Part shown: one piece after another, positions 9,430-17,919 of the stretch
Layout: each line of letters begins with the position of its first letter
Position numbering within the stretch: position 1 is the first letter of the stretch
Origin: an uncultured Clostridia bacterium
Lineage (GTDB): Bacteria > Bacillota > Clostridia > Tissierellales > Sedimentibacteraceae
Assembly (NCBI GenBank): GCA_964617605.1
Contig: CAZTXR010000001.1
Coordinates: 1-35,812, forward strand
Direction of reading: 5' to 3'
DNA length: 35,812 nucleotides
Notes under the pieces: generated by a model
What the model saw: the letters and a program-made list of their open reading frames with translations, nothing else
Database searches by the model: none
Told to the model about the DNA's origin: nothing
Made by a program: the position numbers and the translations under genes

Positions 9430-10421
9430 TAATCATTTATGAAATATGGTACAAGCATATCTGTTTGAGAGCATATTCCATGACCTCCCCCTTCAGAAGT
9501 TTCATGCATGCCATGGTCAGGCACAAGTATAATGCTGCCATCCCATATTTCGCTTAAATTTTGCAGGTATCGGTCAATGGTTTTTATGTAATCCATTGTC
9601 TCTTCTGCATATGGTCCAAAGCTGTGTCCCCGGTCATCAATACCGTGAAAATGCATAAAGATGAAGTCATAATTTTCTTTTGCAGCCTTAAGAGCGCTTT
9701 GATACATTTCGTCATCCGTATCGCCGTTTTTATTTATGTCAATATGCAGTTCGGGTTCAATTTCAGTATTTAATATTTTAATATCCCCCTCAAGCAAAAG
9801 AGATTTTTTCTTGTTTTCAATTGAATATTTAAAAATACTGTCCACATTCATTTCCCTTACACTTCTGTCATGCACCCCGTTTACATTTGCAGTCTGTCCC
9901 GTAATTATTGCTGCGTAACCTGAATTTGTAACAGGAGTATATACGCTTAAGGCAGGATATTTAAAATATTTGCTCAAAAAAGGAATATAACCTTCCCTAT
10001 CAGCCATTTTAAACTGATTGTATGAAAAACCATCCAATAAAACTGCCATAACTTTTTCACTGTTTTCCAAATAATCAATCATTTGATAATAGGCCTTGGT
10101 AATGCTTTGATAATCATTTGTCAGGTAAATGCCTACAATATTATCAAATCTCATTTGACCGTCAGCTGCATATACAGTGCTGTCAACGCCTATGTAATAA
10201 TCTGAAGATAATAAAACCGTCTGCCCGTTATCCAGGATGATAGCCGCCTGAGAATATTTATCACGGCTTAATTCACTTATTGGAACCTTGCCCTCAGGGA
10301 TAAAGTCAACAAATAAGTTTTCATCCTCATTGAATATATTTATACCTTTTAATTCTCTTTCATTTATCTTGGCACTGCAGCCGGTTAAAAACACTAAAAT
10401 AATTAACAATAACTTTTTCAT
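9429..10421 (-). CDS. Alkaline phosphatase superfamily (nucleotide pyrophosphatase/phosphodiesterase-like) lipoprotein
   Basis: Lipobox FLTGC; VLLDG, SVYTPVTNSGYAAIITG (Thr nucleophile position), IDDRGH, PDHG, GGHG metal ligands. Confidence 0.82.
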   Translation of the reverse strand: MKKLLLIILVFLTGCSAKINERELKGINIFNEDENLFVDFIPEGKVPISELSRDKYSQAAIILDNGQTVLLSSDYYIGVDSTVYAADGQMRFDNIVGIYLTNDYQSITKAYYQMIDYLENSEKVMAVLLDGFSYNQFKMADREGYIPFLSKYFKYPALSVYTPVTNSGYAAIITGQTANVNGVHDRSVREMNVDSIFKYSIENKKKSLLLEGDIKILNTEIEPELHIDINKNGDTDDEMYQSALKAAKENYDFIFMHFHGIDDRGHSFGPYAEETMDYIKTIDRYLQNLSEIWDGSIILVPDHGMHETSEGGGHGICSQTDMLVPYFIND

Positions 10422-10422
10422 T

Positions 10423-10974
10423 TTAATCCTCTAAAATATTCATACTTTGCAGGCTTTTACTCACACTGAATGCAATAAGCCCTCCTACAGTTCCGGATAA
10501 GGCTGCTGCAGATAAGATTAATATAACTGTTGCAAAGGGAAGTCTGAAAAATAATATGTTGGAAATAAGCGTTCCCATAACATTTGCTGCCAGGCAGGCA
10601 AATACAAAATGAAGTGAATTATATTTTTTATTTTTGGAAAATAAAAACACAAGGTCAACAACCATCCCCGGCAATGTATAGGATACAATGCTCATAATGC
10701 CGTGGCTTCCCATAGTTCCTGCAGCAATTACCAATATACCCTGAACAATACCTATTAATGTGCCTGTTCCTGTTTTTTTAACGATTCCTGCACCAAGCAC
10801 TAACCAAAACATATAAAAACCGCCGGCTACAGCTCCTCCCGGAATAAACAAGGGGCCTGTTATTATATGAATTAAGGGCACCACTATGGGTTTTGTTGCT
10901 ATGCCAAGGGCTGAAACCACCGCTATTATTATTAAGTTGAAAATAGAAAATCTTCCAAGAAATCTTTTTTCCAT
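10423..10974 (-). CDS. ECF transporter substrate-specific (S) component
   Basis: 183-aa, about 6 TM, Gly/Ala-rich; IVKKTGTG motif resembles HMP/thiamine (YkoE-like) S components; adjacent to A/A'/T genes. Confidence 0.82.
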   Translation of the reverse strand: MEKRFLGRFSIFNLIIIAVVSALGIATKPIVVPLIHIITGPLFIPGGAVAGGFYMFWLVLGAGIVKKTGTGTLIGIVQGILVIAAGTMGSHGIMSIVSYTLPGMVVDLVFLFSKNKKYNSLHFVFACLAANVMGTLISNILFFRLPFATVILILSAAALSGTVGGLIAFSVSKSLQSMNILED

Positions 10975-10982
10975 AACTTCCT

Positions 10983-11453
10983 CTATTGTAATATTATTTC
11001 ATCTACATGCTTAATCCAACGCTGGCTGAAGGGATCTCTTCTGATAATAAGCTGAAAGGGGCCATTGCCTCCCTGTTTTTTAGACTTAAGCAATTCGCCG
11101 TCTCTTTCAAATGTTAAATAAACATTAGAAGGTTCCATAAGTTCTTCAATATTTAATGTTATTCTGTATCCGTCAGATGCATTAAATGTTGCTTTTGCGT
11201 AAAGTGACAAATCTATATCTATAGATTCAAAAAATCTTGTAAGCTCAATACCCTTATATTCGGTTTCAACAGGCTTGGAGCCGCTGCTTCTCACAACCGC
11301 AGGAAATGTTATGCTTTCATCATAAGCATATATTGTTTCTGCATAAATTGTTTTAGTTTCTTTTCCCGCACTGATGACAGCAATAGAGGGCTGGTCCCGG
11401 CTGCAGCCTGTCAATAAAAAAAATAAAATTAAACAAACAAAAAATTTTTTCAT
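10983..11453 (-). CDS. Lipoprotein with one Cys-less molybdopterin-binding domain
   Basis: Lipobox LLTGC; YKGIEL, FNASDGY, ERDGELL, GPFQLII, WIKHVDEI. Confidence 0.75.
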   Translation of the reverse strand: MKKFFVCLILFFLLTGCSRDQPSIAVISAGKETKTIYAETIYAYDESITFPAVVRSSGSKPVETEYKGIELTRFFESIDIDLSLYAKATFNASDGYRITLNIEELMEPSNVYLTFERDGELLKSKKQGGNGPFQLIIRRDPFSQRWIKHVDEIILQ

Positions 11454-11462
11454 ATTTACCTC

Positions 11463-12626
11463 TTAAGTGTTAAGGGATTTATTTACTGCATCCTTTATAG
11501 AATTTAGAAAGCCTCTTGAGCTTGAGGTTGCACCGCTTATGGAATCCACATTCAAATTTTGACTTTCAATAATTTCATAGCTTAACTCACGAAATACCTC
11601 TTCATAATAACCTTGCGTTTCCCTATGGTTTAATATTTTAATCTGGGTAATTTTTTTGTTACTTATGGAAATCTGTGTCTTTATAATTCCGCCAAAACCT
11701 GTGCCTATGCCCTCATAAGTGCCGTCGCCTATATTTTGAATGGAGCTGATAGTTTGCACTGCAGAATGCGCAACTGTCAAAGGAAGCACAAGAAATGAAG
11801 ATAATAATAAAAGCAAACTTATCATTATATAAATATTCTTTTTTAAATTTTTATTAAAAAATGTAAGATAGTAACCGCCCTTATTCCTTGTGCATGTATT
11901 TATACATTTAAGGCAGTTAATGCATTCAGGAGACACATTTTCTTCATTTTCTTTTAACCTGAGACCTTCGGACACCGGGCAGTTTTGCAAGCAATAAGAA
12001 CAGTCACAATTTTTCTTTTTAATTTTTAAGGGTCCAATGGCATAAAGCAAACTTTGAAAGGCTCCCATAGGACAAAAATATCTGCAAAATATTCTTCTTC
12101 CAAGTAAAGATATAAGAATAATTAAAAGTAAAGTTATTGTTCCCGCCTGCAGCTTAAATCCTGTGAATATGTTCAAGTATGCAAGCCAGGGAGAAAAGGG
12201 AGAAATCATATTTCCCATCCCGAATATGCTTAAAACCATTATAATAATCAATATAATATATTTTAATAATTCGGGCTTGTAGGAAAACTTTACTTCTTTT
12301 AATTTTAGTTTGTTGCCTAAATATTTAAAGAAGTCCTGCATAGCTCCAATCGGACAAATATATCCGCAAAAAAACCTCCCCATGAGAAATGCTGTAAGGG
12401 CTATGGCTGCAGTTAATGCAATGCTCCTTGTAAAACCCCTCCATCTGTAGGATAAATCCATAAAAGAAGATTTAACCGCACTCCATCCTCCGTATGGATT
12501 CATATCTCCTATGGAGAAAATTCTAAAATCAATAGTTCCACTTATGTACAAATAATAAATCAAGCATACTGCTATGACCGCAAATGTTGCTCCTATTTGT
12601 ATTATGTTTCTAATCTTTAATTTCAT
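11463..12626 (-). CDS. NapH/MauN-like 4Fe-4S membrane protein with a C-terminal FMN-binding domain
   Basis: GRFFCGYICPIG and RIFCRYFCPMG motifs; ferredoxin-like CDCSYCLQNCP and CINCLKCINTC; C-terminal GFGG...ETQG...DSISGATSSS. Confidence 0.88.
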   Translation of the reverse strand: MKLKIRNIIQIGATFAVIAVCLIYYLYISGTIDFRIFSIGDMNPYGGWSAVKSSFMDLSYRWRGFTRSIALTAAIALTAFLMGRFFCGYICPIGAMQDFFKYLGNKLKLKEVKFSYKPELLKYIILIIIMVLSIFGMGNMISPFSPWLAYLNIFTGFKLQAGTITLLLIILISLLGRRIFCRYFCPMGAFQSLLYAIGPLKIKKKNCDCSYCLQNCPVSEGLRLKENEENVSPECINCLKCINTCTRNKGGYYLTFFNKNLKKNIYIMISLLLLLSSFLVLPLTVAHSAVQTISSIQNIGDGTYEGIGTGFGGIIKTQISISNKKITQIKILNHRETQGYYEEVFRELSYEIIESQNLNVDSISGATSSSRGFLNSIKDAVNKSLNT

Positions 12627-14187
12627 TTCTTTCAATCCTTAAAAGGGACTCCATTACTTCATTATTTTCTTTAAATAAATTTACTTGCCCATTTTCATAT
12701 ACTAAATAACATGTAAGCATATCATTTAAGGATAGTTCAATCTTGCTTTCATCCGTATTAAGGGCTGTAAATACACTATAATCCTTCCATCTCATACCTG
12801 CTGTAAGCAATATATCCTCTAAAAGCATTCCTGTAAAACCGTTTATATCCTTTGTTCTGACTACTTCAATTATTTTTTCGGGAAAAATTACTGCATCCTT
12901 TGTTGTTGAAAAATGTGTCATGTGCTTTACATTCATGCCCAGTTTAAAATTAGGCGCAATATTCATCGGAGCATTTTCTCCTTCAACCTTAAGAAAATAT
13001 CTTTGTCTTACCAAGGATATTGTTTCATTTTTTAATAAGCCGTCAACTGCAGCCATGGTAAAAAACCCCTTATCGTCAACAAAGTCAAACTTCCGCAGTA
13101 TTTTGCCTATTTCAATTGATTTATCCTTGGAACCGTAATATTCATAATAATAAGGTTCAATATCTTCTGTCAATGGGTTAAAGATGTGTACCTTATCTAT
13201 GTCTTTTGGAGAAATTTCCTTGTATAAATCAATATTTGAAACCATCTTTACCCAGTAGGGACCGAGCTCCAGGGGAACAGAAATTCTTACAGGTTTTTCT
13301 TCATCCTTAATATTCTTTCCATCTATTTGCCATGTAAGTATTATATCGTTTATTTCTAATTTTTCCTTATCAATCATGGTATAGTAGCCATCTCTTCCGC
13401 TTATTCCTATACCTTCATATAAACTTAAATCAATACCTTCCTTTTCCAACACATGGCGAAGGGCAGGTCCTTTTACACGCATATCTGTTTCGGTGCCAGT
13501 GGTATTGATTAGTGTTACATCCATTTCTATCTGTTCATATTCTTTAATTTCATCGGTATCTATTCGAACAGAGCCCCCATCCCAGTTTATGGCAAAGCTG
13601 TTAACATCCTGCTGCCACATTTCCTGAGGCACCACATCCAAAACTTTTGGCATTTGAACATGATAATTCCAGTACTGATAATGCCCGATTGCTGCATTTA
13701 CCGCATTTACCACAGCCTGGGAGCTTATGGTAGCACCTGTAACCTGTACTATATCTTCAGGATTCTCCTTGTCAAGCACAACCAAATTCAAATATGTACT
13801 GATGGGTAAATTCTTAAACCTGTCAAGAAACCAATCCTTTTCTATATGTTCTGCATAATCCGGCGATTCTTCCTGGCTTAAAATTTTAATCCCCATTAAC
13901 TCATTGTCTTTGTTTATAGCTGCCAAAACTTCTATGGGACCATTATATCCGACACAACTTACCACATAGGCACATGTTTTACCGTCAATTTCATAGGCTC
14001 TTTTTACTGCGGGAAAATACAGGGAACTCTGCAAATCATCAAAGCCTTTTATTAAGGTGACCTTTTTTGCAGCAGGATAAAATACCTTTACTGCTTCCAT
14101 TTCTCCGGAAGAATCATTCAACACAAAGAATAATGACCCTGCAATAATCAATATTAGTAAAATAATCAGAATATATCTGTTTTTCAT
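12610..14187 (-). CDS. Membrane-anchored fusion: RnfG-like FMN-binding domain + Cys-less molybdopterin-binding domain + unknown C-terminal region
   Basis: N-terminal TM; GYNGPIEV...EESPDY...VTGATISSQAV; then VKGPALRHVL, GRDGY, LTWQIDG, PVRISVP, WVKMVSNI. Confidence 0.8.
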   Translation of the reverse strand: MKNRYILIILLILIIAGSLFFVLNDSSGEMEAVKVFYPAAKKVTLIKGFDDLQSSLYFPAVKRAYEIDGKTCAYVVSCVGYNGPIEVLAAINKDNELMGIKILSQEESPDYAEHIEKDWFLDRFKNLPISTYLNLVVLDKENPEDIVQVTGATISSQAVVNAVNAAIGHYQYWNYHVQMPKVLDVVPQEMWQQDVNSFAINWDGGSVRIDTDEIKEYEQIEMDVTLINTTGTETDMRVKGPALRHVLEKEGIDLSLYEGIGISGRDGYYTMIDKEKLEINDIILTWQIDGKNIKDEEKPVRISVPLELGPYWVKMVSNIDLYKEISPKDIDKVHIFNPLTEDIEPYYYEYYGSKDKSIEIGKILRKFDFVDDKGFFTMAAVDGLLKNETISLVRQRYFLKVEGENAPMNIAPNFKLGMNVKHMTHFSTTKDAVIFPEKIIEVVRTKDINGFTGMLLEDILLTAGMRWKDYSVFTALNTDESKIELSLNDMLTCYLVYENGQVNLFKENNEVMESLLRIERNEIKD

Positions 14188-14195
14188 GCTTCCAC

Positions 14196-14993
14196 CTATT
14201 CAATAATAATTATATCTATATTTGAAACCCATTGAGGTTTATTTACATCACCGGGCTCCTTTTGTCCTACAACCAATTTATAAGGTGCACCGTCATCAGC
14301 ACTGTATTCTTCACCCTTCTCTTCCCAAGCAATAATCATGGGATATTTGTTTGCAGGATTAGTTTCATCCATATATTCCATCTTTACCTGGTCAAGGGTA
14401 AATTCCATGCTGTAGCCATCCTGTGCAGTAATGATAACCTTTGTTGCTTCAGGATTTATAAAAGCTTTTGACTCCAATAAATTCCACAGCTTAACACCTT
14501 TAAAATGTGTATAGCCGGTAGTTCCGTAACTGTTTAAGGAATAAAAATCAGCTTCAAAAATAATATCATTCATTGCTTTTAAATCATCTAAAGAAAATTT
14601 GATATCATTTTCAACTAAACCTTTAATTTTCAATATATTTTGTTCATTTTCAACTGTTTCTGACAATTCATTAGAAGGTTCTAATTTGCCCGGGTCTGCC
14701 GGCAGTGCAGATTCAATCGGTGCAATGGGTTCAGTTGCGTGGTTTTCTTCTGTTTCTTTCGTCTCTTCAGTTTCCGGCTTCTTTTCAGCTTCCTGTATCC
14801 CTTCAGCTTCTGATGTACCTTGGGTTGCAGATGGCTCTTGTGTTTCTTCGTTACTATATGCCGCTTCATCATTTTTATCATTATTTAAATCAATTTCCTT
14901 ATTAACGTCCTGGCCATTGCTCACTTCAGGAATTCCTTGTGAACAAGCTGCCAGTAATAAAACAGCTAATAATATAATCAATAATCTTTTCAT
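14196..14993 (-). CDS. Lipoprotein with a long acidic linker and one Cys-less molybdopterin-binding domain
   Basis: True start MKRLLII at 14993 (GAGGTG RBS); lipobox LAAC; E/T/P-rich linker; LKIKGLVE..FSLDDL, FKGVKLWNLL, AQDGY, IIAWEEKG, GAPYKLVV, WVSNI. Confidence 0.82.
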   Translation of the reverse strand: MKRLLIILLAVLLLAACSQGIPEVSNGQDVNKEIDLNNDKNDEAAYSNEETQEPSATQGTSEAEGIQEAEKKPETEETKETEENHATEPIAPIESALPADPGKLEPSNELSETVENEQNILKIKGLVENDIKFSLDDLKAMNDIIFEADFYSLNSYGTTGYTHFKGVKLWNLLESKAFINPEATKVIITAQDGYSMEFTLDQVKMEYMDETNPANKYPMIIAWEEKGEEYSADDGAPYKLVVGQKEPGDVNKPQWVSNIDIIIIE

Positions 14994-15004
14994 ATTCACC
15001 TCAT

Positions 15005-15025
15005 AAGGGGAGGAAACCCCCCCTT
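15005..15025 (-). other. Intercistronic stem-loop
   Basis: Minus strand AAGGGGGGG-TTT-CCTCCCCTT (one G.U pair) between the stop of the 941-aa gene and the next RBS. Confidence 0.55.
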
Positions 15026-15031
15026 TAAGCA

Positions 15032-17857
15032 CTACTTATTTAAATATCTTAGAAGTATTACTGTTGCTTCTGCTCTGGATGTATTTTTTTCACCGGCAAA
15101 AATATTGCCCGGTTGTCCTTTAATAATTTCTGCTTTAACCGTTTTAGCAACAGGTATTTTTGCCCATTCTGCTATGTCATCATTGAAAATAAAAAGCACT
15201 TCTTCCGTATTTATTTCTTCATCTGCTAACAAGGAACCTATAATCGAAGCAATTTCTTGCCTTGTAATCGGCAGGTCAGGCTTAAATGCACCGTCACTAT
15301 AACCTTTTACATATCCCTTTTCCGCCGCAAGAGCCACTTCCTTATAAAACCAGTCATCGGTTTTTACATCGTTGAATTTTGATGTGCTGTCCCCGCTTAA
15401 ATTCAAGGCCCTAACCATCAAGGACACAAATTCTGCTCTGCTGATATTATCATTTGGTCTGAATAGGCCATTGCTGCCTTTGGCATAGCCTAATGCTGCC
15501 ATTTCCATTATGCTGTCTTTCGCCCAGTGATCTTCAATATCACTAAACATATCCATTTTTACATCCTTCATTTCAGGTGCTTCATAATCACCTGTACCAA
15601 CTACAATGCAATCTGTCCATTTTATCCACATGGATTTGCTTTCTTCAATAATAAGCCTCAGAGGTCCGTTAGCATTATTGTTTGCATACCCCACACTTCC
15701 TTCATTAGGAACTAAAGGGTACCCGTCGGCTGCATAAGCTAAAATGATTTTCTTGTTTTGCCCTTGAGAATTTAAGACGCCATTTACCACCTGTTCATTG
15801 CTTCTTAATATTTGGTTGTAACTTTGTCCGCTAAATACTCTTATACTTGGAACATCTATATCATCCTTAAGTCCTACCACATCATTTATTAAATTCCAAA
15901 GAACAAGTCCTTGCATTTGCCTGATTCCGTCACCGGTATAAGTATCTCTGACAGTATGGTTTGTCAATGCTTCAATTTGTCTTAATGTAAATGTCACAGG
16001 TTCCTTAACCTGAGAGCCGGTTACACGAAGTACAGGCATATCTAAATATTCTTTATATACACCTTGATTATGGTTCCAGGATTCATCAATTTCTGTTTCA
16101 GTGCTGGTACCGGTACCGGTTCCCTGTGTATCAGTAGCTATGGAATTTCCTTCGCCTATTATTATTTCTTTTGCAAACTGCACTTGGTTTGAGCCGTTTG
16201 TGTCATTGTAATTTGTTTTACCGAATATTATTCTTACGGGTCCTCCGTCATTGCCAAGCCCGGGGTTGAATCCTTCATCTGTCGGTCTTGTTACATAAGG
16301 ATACTTGTTAAATCCATAAGCAACCAAAACCGGTAAATTTGTATGAAGCGGATCTACATACTCTCCGGGGAATGTACCGTCTCCTTTGTCCAATGCACTT
16401 TTTTCATAATATCCGTACAAGGAGTTGTCTTTGATTTGTTTTATGGTCATCGGAGCAAAATTATAATTGTCGGCTGCAATAAAACGAACCTTTGTATTTT
16501 CATCTATATTTTTGTCTAAACCTGCCTTTAAAAGCAGCTCCCATAGCGGTACACCTTTAAATGTATTGTAATACCAAAAGTATTCACTGTTTGAAAGACT
16601 GTATTCATGAGTTGTATGGAGGTCTTTCATTGCCTCAATATCTTTTACCTTGTATCTTACTTCTTTCCCTAAACCGTCTCCGTGAATAATCAGTTCATAA
16701 TCTGTATATTTTGGATTATTGTAAGGAGCGTAGCTATGCTCATAAATATTTTTAGCATCTCGTTCTTCTATATAAACATATGCCACATTGGAAAATTCTT
16801 TTGCTGTATTTTTATCCTGCTTATATATTAACTTAAAACAGCCATTGTCATTGTATTTTTCTTTAATATATCCTTCTTCCGTATCCAGGTATACCAAGGG
16901 CACTTCATTAATGCCGTAGGCGACAATGTAATTGCTTGCCTCAGATATATCAACAGTTAAGATTGTCTGTCTTGATTTATCTTTAAATGTTATGTTTCCG
17001 GCATTAGGCTTTGCTTTTACATAATTGTCGATTAAATACTTAATATTAATACCTTCATAAGAGTTTTCAACTACTTTGCCATTAACTTTTTCATAATATA
17101 TACCTGATGACTGTCCATTTGTATCCTCTTCTATCTGTCTTAAAGAAATGGCTCTGTAGCCTTCAACGGCAGGTCCTTCAATGGTAAATGTTGCACCTGT
17201 TATGGCATCTATGTTGTAAGGTTCCCCCGCTTGGGAAATATGTTTGTATGGTGACGAGGAGCTTACTTTAATAAGTTCATCTCCAACAGTAATTTTAACA
17301 ACTTCCTTACCCCATTTAGACATATTCATGTCATCTATATCAGTTTGTCCAAATACTAATTTTGGAAAATCCTTATCTAAATCTGTTTCTGATATGGGAG
17401 CATCTGCCCATGCAAGAGGAGGTGCGAAAACATTTTTCGGAAAATCAGCCAAAACTTTTGTATATCTTGCTATCATAGGCAGGACTGTTTCCCCGCTGTT
17501 TAAAGTAAAATTACTGTAATAATAAGCTCCTTTCAGCTCGCTTATTGTTTTTGAAAATTCAAATCCATCAGAGCATGTAAATTTTACCACATAATCTTTG
17601 TCAGTTTTTAAGCCCTTTCCTATCAGTTCAAATAGATCATAACCTTTTGCCTTAACAATTTTGTGAAATCCAAGGCTGTTATTTGTAGAAAATATTCTTT
17701 CAACCATACTGTATTCTGACCAGTCACTTGAGGAAATTATTATTTCTTCATCAACTCCGGCGCCCGTAATAGTTAAATCAGGTTGAGCAGCCAATGCAGG
17801 AACATTTGTCATTAGCATGCATATAATCAACAGCCAAATTGTAAATTTTCTGAACAT
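15032..17857 (-). CDS. Secreted S-layer-homology (SLH) protein with four tandem Cys-less molybdopterin-binding-like domains
   Basis: Signal peptide (ALA-AQP); four repeats beginning LTITG/FTIEG/LIIHG/LRVTG, each with G..L..L and AYG/AYA-type motifs plus PKL/FKL/GPVRI/GPLRL; C-terminal SLH x3 (FSDIEDHWA, ISRAEF, ITRQE, TSRAEA). Confidence 0.82.
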   Translation of the reverse strand: MFRKFTIWLLIICMLMTNVPALAAQPDLTITGAGVDEEIIISSSDWSEYSMVERIFSTNNSLGFHKIVKAKGYDLFELIGKGLKTDKDYVVKFTCSDGFEFSKTISELKGAYYYSNFTLNSGETVLPMIARYTKVLADFPKNVFAPPLAWADAPISETDLDKDFPKLVFGQTDIDDMNMSKWGKEVVKITVGDELIKVSSSSPYKHISQAGEPYNIDAITGATFTIEGPAVEGYRAISLRQIEEDTNGQSSGIYYEKVNGKVVENSYEGINIKYLIDNYVKAKPNAGNITFKDKSRQTILTVDISEASNYIVAYGINEVPLVYLDTEEGYIKEKYNDNGCFKLIYKQDKNTAKEFSNVAYVYIEERDAKNIYEHSYAPYNNPKYTDYELIIHGDGLGKEVRYKVKDIEAMKDLHTTHEYSLSNSEYFWYYNTFKGVPLWELLLKAGLDKNIDENTKVRFIAADNYNFAPMTIKQIKDNSLYGYYEKSALDKGDGTFPGEYVDPLHTNLPVLVAYGFNKYPYVTRPTDEGFNPGLGNDGGPVRIIFGKTNYNDTNGSNQVQFAKEIIIGEGNSIATDTQGTGTGTSTETEIDESWNHNQGVYKEYLDMPVLRVTGSQVKEPVTFTLRQIEALTNHTVRDTYTGDGIRQMQGLVLWNLINDVVGLKDDIDVPSIRVFSGQSYNQILRSNEQVVNGVLNSQGQNKKIILAYAADGYPLVPNEGSVGYANNNANGPLRLIIEESKSMWIKWTDCIVVGTGDYEAPEMKDVKMDMFSDIEDHWAKDSIMEMAALGYAKGSNGLFRPNDNISRAEFVSLMVRALNLSGDSTSKFNDVKTDDWFYKEVALAAEKGYVKGYSDGAFKPDLPITRQEIASIIGSLLADEEINTEEVLFIFNDDIAEWAKIPVAKTVKAEIIKGQPGNIFAGEKNTSRAEATVILLRYLNK

Positions 17858-17871
17858 TATTGCCTCCTTAC

Positions 17872-17902
17872 AATAAATGAGCGAAAAAATCGCTCATTTA
17901 TT
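17872..17902 (-). terminator. Intercistronic 13-bp inverted repeat (leaky terminator or mRNA-stabilising hairpin)
   Basis: AATAAATGAGCGA-N5-TCGCTCATTTATT between operon genes 1 and 2. Confidence 0.65.
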
Positions 17903-17919
17903 CATTTATTTATTTGATA

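Noticed and set aside
11463-14187. Rnf/Nqr complex or periplasmic nitrate reductase
   Set aside because: Only an RnfG-like domain and a NapH-like protein are present; there are no RnfA/C/D/E or NapA/B/G genes.
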